Source: Phyllobates terribilis
Lineage: Eukaryota
Assembly: GCF_046119375.1 (NCBI RefSeq)
Contig: NW_027362761.1
Location: 617,272,001 to 617,336,000, forward strand
Reading direction: 5' to 3'
DNA length: 64,000 nt
The position numbers and the translations under genes are program-made. Below, piece after piece: positions 51,017 through 64,000 of the stretch. The notes under the pieces were generated by a model that saw only the letters and a list, made by a program, of their open reading frames with translations, made no database searches and was not told where the DNA came from. Positions within the stretch are counted from its first letter, which is position 1, and each line of letters starts with the position of its first letter.

Positions 51017-53675
51017 TATATCTTTCTATCTTTCTAACTATCTATTTCATAGCAATCCATCTTTCTATCTATCTATTCTCTATCTTTTCACATTTGTAAC
51101 ACATAAAAATCTTTAATTTCTAGTCTGCATTCTATACCGGTATGTGTCACACGTGCAGAACACAGTTGTCACACGTATGTCAGTCGTGGTGTAGGAAAAA
51201 AATGAACATGTCTACTCGTGGGTCACACGGACACACCGTTCGTGTAAAAACATGGACATATGCACAACTGCATTCACAGTTACCAGCCACACAGTCGTTT
51301 GAAGGGGTCCTAACACAGATTACAAGAACTACTTATTACAACCATGACTATGAACAATCTCTTTGTACCCAACATATGTCCCAAAGAGTCAAGACTGCTT
51401 CAAAGTGCTCAACTGTATTATTTAATACATCTTAGACATCTAGTAGCAGTGTCTTTCTATATTTTAAACAATATGAATGGATGTACAAAATTGCATTGGG
51501 ACATTGGGTTGATCCTTATTTGGGGTGAATGTCACCCCCATTGCCATCCCATCCAAGTGCATAAAATATTGAAGAATGTAATAAATGTGTTAGCTTTTTA
51601 TAACTGATATATGTTTATTTCCTTTACATTCTTCAGTAATTCATGTTTTTTTTTTCATCTGGTGGAAATGACTCTGCCATGTTACCTTCACATCAGCATA
51701 GTAATAAGCATAGTAATCAGCCTGAAATTAAAGTGATGAAAAAATCATTTAAAGCAAGTGGAAAAATGTTCCATGGAAACAAGTGTCTGTATTATCATCT
51801 CCATAGCTGGTAGCCCCAGTCTGATTCCTAATGTAACTAGCCTTCTATTCTTTTCTATTTAAATGTAATTACAGACACATCCAGTGACTTTAGTCTGAGA
51901 CTGGTGAAAGAACAAATATCAGATAAGGACATTTCTTTAAAACGTGTCTGTATTTCAGCAGAGAACACAATCAACAAGTTTCTGTAAAGGATAATTGCAT
52001 CAACATCTCACTATTTGGTCAAATGCAGTGATGAAATAGAGGTAAATAGATTTTTTTTAAATTGAGTGAAGAACATTTACCTGTAGTCACAAGAGATCTA
52101 ATATAAATGTGTGCATATCATACAACAATGTAAATACATCTAAATAAATTCCTTTTGTATCACTGTTACCCTCTCCCACCCATATACTGACTAGAGATGA
52201 GCAGATCTGATTTTTAGTCACATAACAATTTTGTTTTAAAATGTTATTGGAATTTGTGTTGACTCAAATGATTTTATTGTTAATTGCATGTTTTCCACCA
52301 AGTAAATGGCACCGCTATGGGTACGGTTTGTGCACATGTGTCTGCAAATTTATTTTTGGTGTAATAGGAGAATTTCCATATTTTTGATGAGCTGATTTTG
52401 TACACCAATCTCATTTTATTTTGGTGAAAGTTCATTGATTTAGTTTTATGGGACAGTGGAAAATGTTTTTTTATATGATTTTGTTTCTATCATTATATCT
52501 TGGCGTCACAGCCAGTCTTGGCCTTTAATACCAACCATTTTTATTCATGTCACATTAAATTAGTCATTCCTTTCTTGTTTTTTTGGCAATGTAATTGTAT
52601 GAGGGCTTTTCTTTTCAGTATCAGTTGTATTTGTCAATTTAAACATTTTTATGTACATGTAACTTATTAGCATGAATAAAAAAAACAAATTCTAAATTTG
52701 TTTTAATATTCTTTTACACAACATTCACTGTCAGATATAACTGTCATGTTCTCTTTATTCAGTGGTCGATATGATCATGCCCATAATATATTTATTTGTT
52801 TTTTTATGTTTTGCTACTTTTGCAGAAAAAAAGACTTAAAAATAGAAAATCTTTATTTTTTGGTCATTGATATTCTGATAACCTTAGCTTATTTGTTTTT
52901 CTGTTTATTGTAGAAAACGTTGTGTGAGGTTTCTTTTTGCTTAGTTTATATTGTTTTAGTTACTTTTTATTTACTTTTTTGTTAGGAGGCAGAAACAAAA
53001 AGCTCCTGGAAATCACGATGTAACATCCATCTATCAGGCCTTCGGATTAGCAGGACGGTGAAACGCGTTGAGGCAATTATATGAAGGCATATCTGGATAA
53101 ATACTACACTCTACCTTAAAAATCTTATTATTATTAGTGTTGTTTTGGTGAAACTAGGGGCACATCTGGTCCTGCTAATACAAGGTTAATATTTGTAATA
53201 AATTATCTATGGTTTTTCTGTGTCAATTGAGTTGCTGACTAGGTCACTTTAGGGCATTCTAGAGACAGCGACCGAGGAACGGGGGCTCCATTTATCGTAT
53301 TCTTTGGGTGCCAACCTCCGCTGCTGGGTAGAGACCAAATCAATAGGTATTTGTTAGGGTGTGTTAGTATATTCTCAACAGTATTATTTCTTTTACAATT
53401 ATTATAAGACATATCTTGATATATACCGCAGCCCTTTAGTTATTTTATGTACAGTGTTGGGTGTAAATAGAGGGATATCAGTAATGATTTATGGATATAT
53501 CTGATGTGTATACATTGGTGCTAGTGAAGTATTGCACACCAGGGCATTTCAGGGACAGCCTCCGATGCTCGAGGGCGGCACAGTCGCCTTTCTAGGGTGC
53601 CAACCTCCTCTCTTCGGCAGAGTCTATACATTTGTCACTTTATAGAGTGAGTGGGTTATCTCCAGTATTATTATC

Positions 53676-53678
<3 letters not shown>

Positions 53679-53719
<41 letters not shown>
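53679..53719. repeat. (AT)n microsatellite at the Tc1 target site
   Basis: About 20 AT units abutting the Tc1 end. Confidence 0.9.
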
Positions 53720-53723
<4 letters not shown>

Positions 53724-54782
53724 AGACCAAAAGTTTGGACACACCTTCCCATTTAAAGATTTTTCTGTATTTTCATGACTATGAAAATTGTACATTCACA
53801 CTGAAGGCATCAAAACTATGAATTAACACATGTGGAATTATATACTTAACAAAAAAGTGTGAAACAACTGAAAATATGTCTTATATTCTAGGTTCTTCAC
53901 AGTAGCCCCCTTTTGCTTTGATGACGGCTTTGCACACTCTTGGCATTCTCTTGATGAGCTTCAAGAGGTAGTCACCGGAAATGGTCTTCCAACAATCTTG
54001 AAGGAGTTCCCAGAGATGCTTAGCACTTGTTGGCCCTTTTGCCTTCACTCTGCGGTCCAGCTCACCCCAAACCATCTCGATTGGGTTCAGGTCTGGTGAC
54101 TGTGGAGGCCAGGTCATCTGGCGTAGCACCCCATCACTCTTGTTGGTCAAATAGCCCTTACACAGCCTGGAGGTGTGTTTGGGGTCAATGTCCTGTTGGA
54201 AAATAAATGATGGTCCAAATAAACGCAAACCTGATGGAATAGCATGCCGCTGCAAGATGCTGTGGTAGCCATGCTGGTTCAGTATACCTTCAATATTGAA
54301 TAAATCCCCAACAGTGTCACCAGCAAAGCCCCTCCACACCATCACACCTCCTCCTCCATGTTTCACGGTGGGAACCAGGCATGTAGAGTCCATCCGTTCA
54401 CCTTTTCTGCGTCGCACAAAGACACGGTGGTTGGAACCAAAGATCTCAAATTTGGACCCATGAGACCAAAGCACAGATTTCCACTGGTCTAATGTCCATT
54501 CCTTGTGTTCTTTAGCCCAAACAATTCTCTTCTGCTTGTTGCCTGTCCTTAGCAGTGGTTTCCTAGCAAGCCAAGAGTGTGCAAAGCAGTCATCAAAGCA
54601 AAAGGTGGCTACTTTGAAGAACCTAGAATATAAGACATATTTTCTGTTGTTTCACACTTTTTTTGTTAAGTATATAATTCCACATGTGTTAATTCATAGT
54701 TTTGATGCCTTCAGTGTGAATGTACAATTTTCATAGTAATGAAAATACAGAAAAATCTTTAAATGAGAAGGTGTGTCCAAAC
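53718..54782 (-). mobile_element. Internally deleted Tc1 element, family A (transposase DDE C-terminal half)
   Basis: ORF 53881-54474 has TVKHGGGGVMVW, FIFQQDIDPKH and [12 protein letters not shown]. Both long TIRs are present; the right one runs into the gap. Confidence 0.93.
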
Positions 54783-54983
54783 NNNNNNNNNNNNNNNNNN
54801 NNNNNNNNNNNNNNNNNNNNNNNNNNNNNNNNNNNNNNNNNNNNNNNNNNNNNNNNNNNNNNNNNNNNNNNNNNNNNNNNNNNNNNNNNNNNNNNNNNNN
54901 NNNNNNNNNNNNNNNNNNNNNNNNNNNNNNNNNNNNNNNNNNNNNNNNNNNNNNNNNNNNNNNNNNNNNNNNNNNNNNNNNNN
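54783..54983. other. Assembly gap (~200 N)
   Basis: Run of N flanked on both sides by Tc1 termini. Confidence 0.99.
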
Positions 54984-56583
54984 ACACTCAAATAACACCT
55001 CCTAGATCTGAATGAAATCTTCTCATTGAATACTTTGTTCTGTAGAAGCTGAATGTGCTGACAACAAAATCACACAAAAATCATCAATGGAAATCAAATG
55101 TATTAACCAATGAAGGCCTGGATTTGGAGTCTCCCCCAAAATTATAGTGGAAAAATACACTACAGACTGATCCAACTTTGATGTAATGTCCTTAAAACAA
55201 GTCAAAATGAGGCTCAGTATTGTGTGTGGCCTCCACGTGCCTGTATGACCTCCCTACACTGCCTGGGCATGCTCCTGATGAGGCTGAGTATTGTGTGTGG
55301 CCTCCACGTGCCTGTATGACCTCCCTACAATGCCTGGGCATGCTCCTGATGAGGTTGCGGATGGTCTCCTGTTGGATCTCCTCCCAGACCTGGACTAAAG
55401 CATCCGCCAACTCCTGGACAGTCTGTAGTGCAATGTGACGTTGGTGGATGGAGTGAGACATGATGTCCCAGATGTGCTCAATCGGATTCAGGTCTGGGGA
55501 ACGGGCGGCCAGTCCATAGCTTCAATGCCTTCATTTTGCAGGAACTGCTGACACACTCCAGCCACATGAGGTCTGGCATTGTCCTGCATTAGGAAGAACC
55601 CAGGGCCAACTGCACCAGCATATGGTCTCACAAGGGGTCCGAGGATCTAATCTCAGTACCTAATAGGAGTCAGGCTACCTCTGGCAAGCACATGGAGGTC
55701 TGTGCGGCCCTCCAAAGAAATGCCACCCCACACCATTACTGATCATGCTGAAGGATGTTGGAGGCAGCAGATCACTCTCCACAGCGTCTCCAGACTCTGT
55801 CACGTCTGTCACATGTGCTCAGTGTGAACCTGCTTTCATCTGTGAAGAGCACAGGGCGCCAGTGGCAACTTTGCCAATCCTGGTGTTCTTTGGCAAACGC
55901 CAAGCATCCTGCACTGTGTTGGGCTGTGAGCACAACCCCCATCTGTGGACGTCAGACCCTCATACCACCTTCATTGAGTTGGTTTCATACCGTTTGTGCA
56001 GACACATGCACACTTGTGGCCTGCTGGAGGTCATTTTGCAGGGCTCTGGCAGTGCTCCTCCTGTTCCTCCTTGCACATAGGATGAGGTAGCGGTCCTGCT
56101 GCTGGGTTGTTGCCCTCCTAAGGCCCCCTCCACGTCTCCTGGTGTACTGGCCTGTCTCCTGGTAGCGCCTCCAGCCTCTGGACACTACGCTGACAGACAC
56201 AGCAAACCTTCTTGCCACAGCTTGCATTGATGTGCCATCCTGGATGAGTTGCACTACCTGAGCAACTTCTGTGGGTTGTAGAGTCCGTCTCGTGCTACCA
56301 CGAGTGTGAAAGCACAACCAGCATTCAAAAGTGACCAAAACATCAGTCAGAAAGAATTGGTACTGAGATGTGGTCTGTGGTCCCCACCTGCAGAACCACT
56401 CCTTTATTGAGGGTGTCTTGATAATTGCCAATAATTTCTATCTATTGTCTATTTCATTCACACAACAGCATGTGAAATTGATTGTCAATCAGTGTTGCTT
56501 CCTAAGTGGACAGTTTGATTTCACAGAAGTTTCATTTACTTGGAGTTATATTCTGTTGTTTAAGTGTTCCCTTTTGAGCAGTG
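54984..56583 (-). mobile_element. Degenerate Tc1 element, family B
   Basis: N-terminal HTH region ([22 protein letters not shown]...[12 protein letters not shown]) and C-terminus (LVQVWEEI..ETIRNLIRSMPRHCREVIQARGG). Ends TTTTGAGCAGTG|TA. Confidence 0.88.
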
Positions 56584-59500
56584 TATCTATATACTGTATA
56601 TATATATTTATATTTGTTAGTATGTATATATATGTTGCTAGCCTAACTTTTAATATTAATCAATAAAGCATTAATTAAAGCAGTAGGGGTCTGCATATGT
56701 TGTTCATAATATTTCGAGCCCTCTCTACTCTTTACCAAATATTTCTAATTTGGATATCCTAATTTTCTAAAGACCTAGCCACATCCTATAAGCAGCCGTG
56801 TTATAAGTCACCGGAGGGGAGGTATGTGGCCGTGACTCGTGTTAATAAAAGCAAATGCCAAATTATAATAGTTTTCAGGCCTGGGAGATACAGTTCACTG
56901 TAGTTCTGTAGCGTTACCCCTGAAAAACAAAGAGCTCTTCTCCATAAGAGTCAGATCCAATCCTGTGATATCAGGTTTAGTACATTTCTCCTGTTTATCC
57001 TTTTTATTATATATATATACATATATATATATACTATATGGTCCTGTCCATTTTGTATATTTCTAGAAATTCTGCCTACTTTTCGGATTAAATATATAAA
57101 ATTTAATAGCTTCATTCCTCTTGCTTTATAAACCACATCTCTGAAGCCATACATTATCTGTAACTGGTGTCCAATCGGCCTGTATAAATGATTGATGGTG
57201 GCTGCTAGTTTCTTTTATTATTGTGCAGTTTGGCAGTGACCTTACCAGGGTATATATATACATACTGTATACATGTATATATATTCCATGAATTGGATGT
57301 GTATATACTATACGCTCACTGTGAGAACCCCAAAAACTGGCCTAGAAGTGAAAACAGCCGCGGCCTCGTTTATCACTCATCAGTTAATTGTCCTGATGAT
57401 TGGACAACACTGTTGCTCCTTGACACCCTCCATAGTAATACTACTCTCCTTTTGTGTCTTCTACATATATATTTTTTTTTAGAATTGTCCATCACAGCGC
57501 AGGAAAGTGTAATGGACAATAACTTCAGATCAGTCAATGACTTTTGCAATGTTAATGTATCTTAATGCTGTTATGTGAGAGACTGTGTGAGAAAAGTTTC
57601 CAAGATGGCAGGTCATCTGTATAGTTTACATTTTCTTCTTCTGTATATGAATGGTGAGTGAGAACCATAGAGCCCTCTTTGTAATTCTGGGGCGACAATA
57701 GAAGCAGGACTGCGGTATTGTAATGTTAATGAGACGTAATAAGGGATAGAAACTTCCTGCCGCGCCCTGTGATGCCATCCGCCATTGTGCTGGTAACGAG
57801 GTAAAGTGAAGAATCAAATGTTTTTTAGTTTATTATTTCATGAGAATTTCATGAAGTCAGAAGACAAATCCTCTAAATTATACAATGATCCCAATATTGA
57901 ATCTATTAGGGTCACGGCCATGGTTACCTGTTTAACAGCTGCTCAATGCAATGTAATTACGTGACAACGAAGATCTTAAAATTTAGCAAAATTTTGCAAT
58001 AGCACCTGCAGAAAGCTCCACAAATAATAGTGAATACCAGGAGTGATCTTTCACATATCGGCACTGCTACCGAGTCTTCCCAGGGAAAGTCACTGCAGGA
58101 AAACGCCAGAGGTCCTAAAGCAGCTTTGCTGGTGGTTTTGTAAATCTTCTCGTGGCTGCTTTGCTGCTGTTGTCTTTTACTCTATTCTTTCAATATAGAA
58201 AGCGGATAGCTTCTGAGAGGTTTTGGAAATGTGACTTCTTTAAACTGCTTCATTATATATATGTAATGCATAATATAATATAGTGTAGGCCAAAATACAA
58301 TATTCCTTCTTTATATTTAATAACATTAATAAAAGAGTAAAAATTGCATTGGGATATTGGATTGGATCCTTCTTTGGGGTGAATGTCAACCCCATGGCCA
58401 TCCCATCAAAGAGAATAAATTATTGAAATTTCTGTTAAACAAGTTAGCTTTTTATAACTGATTGATGTTTATTCACTATATGATTCTAAATAATTTATGG
58501 TTTCTACATGTAGTAGAAATGAATCTGCCATGTTATCTTCACATCAGCATAGTATTAAGCATTATAGCCAACCTGAAATTGAGGTAATAAATAAATCATT
58601 GAGAGGAAAAGAAAGAATGTTGCATGGAAAGATCGGTTAGCATTCTCCATAATCAGTGCATGTTAGCATCTCAATAGCTGGCAGTCCCAATCTGATACCT
58701 AACGTAATTATTCTTCTTTTTTATGTCCATAGTCTATTCACATGTAATTGCAGAAATATTCAGATACTTTAGACTGAAACTGTCGAAAGAGCAAAGACTA
58801 GATAAAGAAACATCTTTAAAAGTGTCTAAATCTTACCAGAAGGCAAAATTAAGAATTTTCTGTAATAGATAAATCAGTATCTATCGATTTGGTGAAATGA
58901 ATTGATGAAATCAAGGTAAGTATTTTTTTTTTTAAATTGATTGGAAGAATAGAAAAGATTTATCTAAAAATATTGTGTGGAATTAACAGGAAAATTTGAT
59001 TTGAAGCAAAATTATTCAATGCAAATTGTATATTCCATACTATGCTCTGTGGTGCCCTCAAACCCTAGAGCATAACAAATGTAGAATATAACAAAAACCA
59101 ATATTCATCTCACCACACACCTGTCCAGCTGTTACTGTAGCTCACTGTCCGTCCTGCCAGGCCTCTTCTTTTCGCCTTCCCCTTGGTATAGATTTTCTCA
59201 CAACATAGCAGAAATTCTGGCCGCCACCAAGCCTCAGACAACACTGAGAGCTGTGCTTTAACTTGGGCGCTGCACGTTCTAATGTCCAAGGCACAGAGAA
59301 GTCAGAGGCATGGTGATTATAGAAGTCCTGGTCACCCACAACAAAAATAGTGAGTCTTTGCCCTTGTGCTCAAAATAAATTTACTGGTATCTAAAGTCTC
59401 AATGTAATCATATTCAGTCACATAACACTTTTGTTTTTAAATTATTAGAATTTGTGTTGGTTCATAATGATTTTTTTAATTGCATGTTTTACAACAAGAA

Positions 59501-61563
59501 AAAGATACCGCTATGGGTACGGTTTGTGCACTTCTTTCTGCAAATTTATTTTTGGTGTAATGGGAGAAATTTCTAAATTTATGAGAAGAGAAAAACATAA
59601 ATGGCACTCATCACCATGGCTTTATTTTCAGAGAGAAGACACACAATCTAGGCTATAGGTGTTTCGCATCTGATTATTCTTTATCTGGCCCCAACATCAC
59701 ACTTCTATGCCCTCCTTTTAACTTCACAAGTAGTCATCTACATAATAAATTACATTTTTCATCTGGTAAACATATAAGTCTACTACAGGTATTTTGAAAC
59801 AAAAAGAAAAGACAACTTGTAAAGTATTTGCTCCAGGCTTGCAGGTATACTAACATGTTTTAAAAGAGCTGAGTTCATTATAACCAATCAGACCTAATGA
59901 TTAACTGGGCTTTTTCTAAGAGTTTTTTTGTGATGATTCCCTCCATCTTGTTGTACTTGTTGCAAATATAAACGCATGCAGTTTGGATCACTTTTATGTT
60001 CCTCCCTCATATATTCAATAAGCCTGGGAGAGCCTTTCCCAGACTGTTTTGAATGAACATGTTCACTGAAACTTTTATGGAGTGAGGAAATGGTTTTTCA
60101 ATATAAAAAATGATTACAGTCACACAATCACATATGGTACATACTTATTTTTACATGTGAAAAAGTGATTAATATTTAACGTATATCCACTTAATTAAGC
60201 AAAATTGCTACAAATTTATATAGCTGCAGTAGTTGCAAAGTCTGCATTTAAAATTACCTCTAGGTGATATCTCTTTGGTACCTTTTTCCTGCGATTCTGG
60301 TGAGATATTTCCATTAAATGGTACGTTTACCATATTTAACAATTGCTTTTGGATAAATAAAAAATTGCAGGATTAAGGTTAAGTCCTAGGATTGTTTTAA
60401 AAATGAATTCTTACTACTGTTGATGCGACTTGATTACAAAAACTGACCATATGGTAAGAATTAGTTGCCGTTGGTTTTCAATATCCATATTTATGCATCT
60501 GATCCTCCACTATTTTCACTTCAACATGCAGTAATTCTATTTGGTTCTAACTCATTTTGCTTGAAAATCTCATATTAACTTCATTATGGTTTAAGAAGCT
60601 AATAAATTTAGTAAATTCCTGTGGTTTACCATACCATACTATGAGAATGTTTTCTATAAGTTATAAGAAAAATGTGATATGTGATACAAATGGATTGGAT
60701 ATATCTAGAAAAGGCGGGGCCACTGGAGTACCCATTGCGGTTCCAACTGCCTGGTTATACCAGAGTCCTGTAAATTGAAATAAATTATTTTAAAACAAAG
60801 TAAAGGATTGTTACTAGCAGCAATAATTCTTGTCAATCAAACTGGACCAGTATTTGTAAAAAATCTGGTTTCCTGTATAAACAAGGGAGTTTTCTCAACC
60901 CGTGGGCGTAACATCCAGTCCAACTAGATAGACAGAGGCTCAGTACCTGAATCCTGTTCTGCTTTAATAGGATGTCTAGATGGATTGTCTATACATTTAT
61001 GGAATTTGAGGATAAAGTACCAGTATTATTTTCAAGTATGTTCTGCCATTAGCTTTCTTTTACAAAATTATGTGATAATACCCCCCACTCAACTCTTTGT
61101 CTGTATAATGATTGCAGTTGTTCTTTATGGGAGTATGTGGAATCAACCGAAAGATATACAAGTATTTTATCTCTTAGTTGACAATGATATGCATTCTATA
61201 GATAGATAGATAGAGATATCTCTATCTAACTATCTATCTCTCTATATATAGTATGCATATGACATACCTACAACATTACTCCCTTTGTAGGCTGGCTTTA
61301 TAACTATAAGAAAAGTAAAAAAAAATGAGACAAGTGCTCAGAGGGTAATATGGTATGGTAGGTAAGGGGGTAGAGTGTGAGGTGCTACTCACCTGATGGG
61401 GGTGTGAGTGTCACACCTGTGATTGCCTTTTCAATTTACCTGTAATGCAATTTACATAATTAATGACTGTATTTAACAAGCAAGCATACAAGTCTAATAC
61501 AGATACTATTAAACAAAAAGAAAATACAACATAGAATGTATTATCATAAAGGTTGCAAGTATA

Positions 61564-63098
61564 CAATGCGGAAAATAAGTATTTGATACACTGCCGATTT
61601 TGCCAGTTTTCCCACCTACAGACAATGGAGAGGTCTGTAATTTTTATCATAGGTACACTTCAACGGTGAGAGACAGAATCTAAGAAAAAAAAACACAAGA
61701 AAATCACATTGTATAATCTTTACATAATTAATTTGCATTTTATTGCATGAAATAATTATTTGATATAATAGAAACACAAAACTTAATATTTGGTCCAGAA
61801 ACCTTTGTTTGCAATTACAGAGATCTGACGTTTCTTGTAGTTCTTGACCAAGTTTGCACACACTGCAGCAGGGATTTTGGCCCACTCCTCCATACAGATC
61901 TTTCAGGTTTTGGCGCCTTCGCTGGTCAACATTGAGTTTCAGCTCCATTCAAAGATTTTCTATTGGGTTCAGGTCTGGAGACTGGCTAGGCCTCTCCAGG
62001 ACCTTGAAATGTTCCTTATGGATCCACTTATTAGTTGCCCTGGCTGTGTGTTTCGGGACATTGTCATACTGGAAGACCCAGCCACGACCCGTCTTCAATG
62101 CTCTTACTGAGGGAAGGAGGTTGCTGGCCAAAATCTCACAATACATGACCCATTCATCCTCCCTTCAATACGGTGCAGTTGTCCTGTCCCCTTTGCAGAA
62201 GAGCACCCCCAAAGTATGATGTTTCCCCCACCATGCTTCACGGTTGGGACAGTGTTCTTGGGGTCATACTCATCCTTCTTCTTCCACCAAATATGGCGAG
62301 TACAGTTGATACCAAAAAGGTCTCATGACCTCCTCCCATGCCTCCTCTGGATCATCCAGATGTTCATTTTCAAATTTCAAACTGGCCTGGACATGTGCTG
62401 GCTTGAGCAGGGGAATCTTACGTGCCCTGCAGGATATTAATCCAGGATGGCATAGTGTGTTACGAACGGTAATGTTTGAGATAGTGGTCCTAGCTCTCTT
62501 CATTGTCCATGTCCTCCCATATAGTTTTGAGCTGATTCCTGACCATTCTCAGAATCATCCTTACCCCATGAAGCAAGATTTTTCATGGAGCCCCATACCA
62601 AGGAATATTGACAGTCATCTTGTGTTTCTTCCATTTACTAATAATTGTGCCAACAGTTGTTGCCTTTTCAACAAGCTGCTTGCCTATTGTCCTGTAGCAA
62701 ATCCCAGCCTTGTGCAGGCCAACAACTTTGTCCCTAGTGCCCTTAGACAGCTCTTTGGTCTTGGCCATGGAGGAGAGGTTGGAGTGTGATTGAGTGTGTG
62801 TACAAGTGTCTTTTATACAGGAAACGAGTTCAAATAGGTGCAATTAATACAGGTAATGAGTGCAGAGTAGGAGGGCTTCTTTAAAAAAACTAACAGGTTT
62901 GTGAGAGCAAGAATTCTTGCTGGTTGTTAGGTGATCAAATACTTATTTCATGCAATAAAATGCAATTTAATTTAAAAATCATACAATGTGATTTTCAGGT
63001 TTTTATTTTTAGGTTCTGTTTCTTACAGGTGAACTTACCTATGGTAAAAATTGCAGACCTCTCCATTCTTTGTACATGGGAAAACATGCAAAATCGGA
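61564..63098 (-). mobile_element. Degenerate Tc1 element, family C
   Basis: TA|CAATGCGGAAAATAAGTATTTGATACAC end. Fragments [35 protein letters not shown] and [11 protein letters not shown]...[13 protein letters not shown]. The opposite TIR is truncated. Confidence 0.9.
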
Positions 63099-64000
63099 AG
63101 AAAACAGTTTTGTTTTTTAAATTATGATTTCTGTTGTCTCACAATTTTAATTTCATTTACGTATTTTCATCCCAGTAAGAGGCACCGCTATGGGTACGGA
63201 TTTTGCACCTGTTTCTGAAAATTTATTTTTGGTGTTGTGGGAAAATGTTCATGTTATATTTTTTATGAGGATTTGATTTTGTACACCATTTTCATTTTAT
63301 TTTAGGGAACATTTATTGGAGTTTTTTTTTGTTCTGTGGGATAATTTTTTTCATGTGACTATTTCTATCCTTTTTCTTTGATGTCACAGCCAGTTTTGGC
63401 CTTTATTACAGACCATATTTTATACTGCTCATATTTCAGGAGCTGTAACTTTCTTACTTTTTTGGCAACATAATAGTATAAGGGTTTGCCTTTTCAGGAT
63501 TAGTTGTATTTGTCAATGGACTCATTTGGATGTACATATGACTTACTAGCATACGTTCATTAGCTCTTTATTGGGAGGAATATAAATAAAACAGCAATTT
63601 TACCATTATATGTTTTACATTATTTGCTTTGCTGGAAAAATAATGCATTAAGTTTTTTGAAGAGGTCAGTACTAAAATGGCGTTGCCAAATTGATACCGT
63701 TTTACTTACGTTTTATTGTGTTGAACAATATAGACTTGAAAAAAGACTTTTTGTTACTTGTATCAGTGGAGGTATATGAGGGCTTATTTTTTGCACAGCT
63801 ATGTGTAGTTTTTATTGGTAACAATGTTATATTTGCAACTTTTGACCCCTTTTTATACCGGCCTTGGAGGCAAAAATGAAGTAAAAAAGCCTTATAATTC
63901 TGAATTAACTTCATTATTCTTTTTTTTAAACACCATTCACTGTGAGTGATAATTGTCATGTTATCTTAATTCTGCGAGTCACTAAGATCATGACAATTTC

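Noticed and set aside
54694-55015. X-rich ORFs
   Set aside because: Artefacts of translating across the N gap.

Overview
Eukaryotic genomic DNA, most likely from an anuran (frog); this is inferred from the Tc1/hAT/Kolobok-like/piggyBac-like/L2/CR1/Penelope/chromovirus repertoire. Positions 1-29.9 kb are almost entirely nested transposon debris. Several insertions have exact TSDs, and some have an empty-site paralog inside this window. Positions 30-48 kb hold three tandem minus-strand genes, each with three coding exons, encoding an SBK1-like Ser/Thr kinase of 312-317 aa (period 8169 bp). The catalytic motifs are intact but the P+1 loop is atypical, and copy 1 has a chimeric 3' end. Positions 48-64 kb hold older, more diverged duplicates of the inter-kinase DNA, three Tc1 elements and an assembly gap of about 200 N. 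They end in a 3' flank that predicts a further kinase copy just beyond the window. No prokaryotic systems, CRISPR arrays, tRNA or rRNA genes were found. Identity statements are by-eye estimates, not computed alignments.
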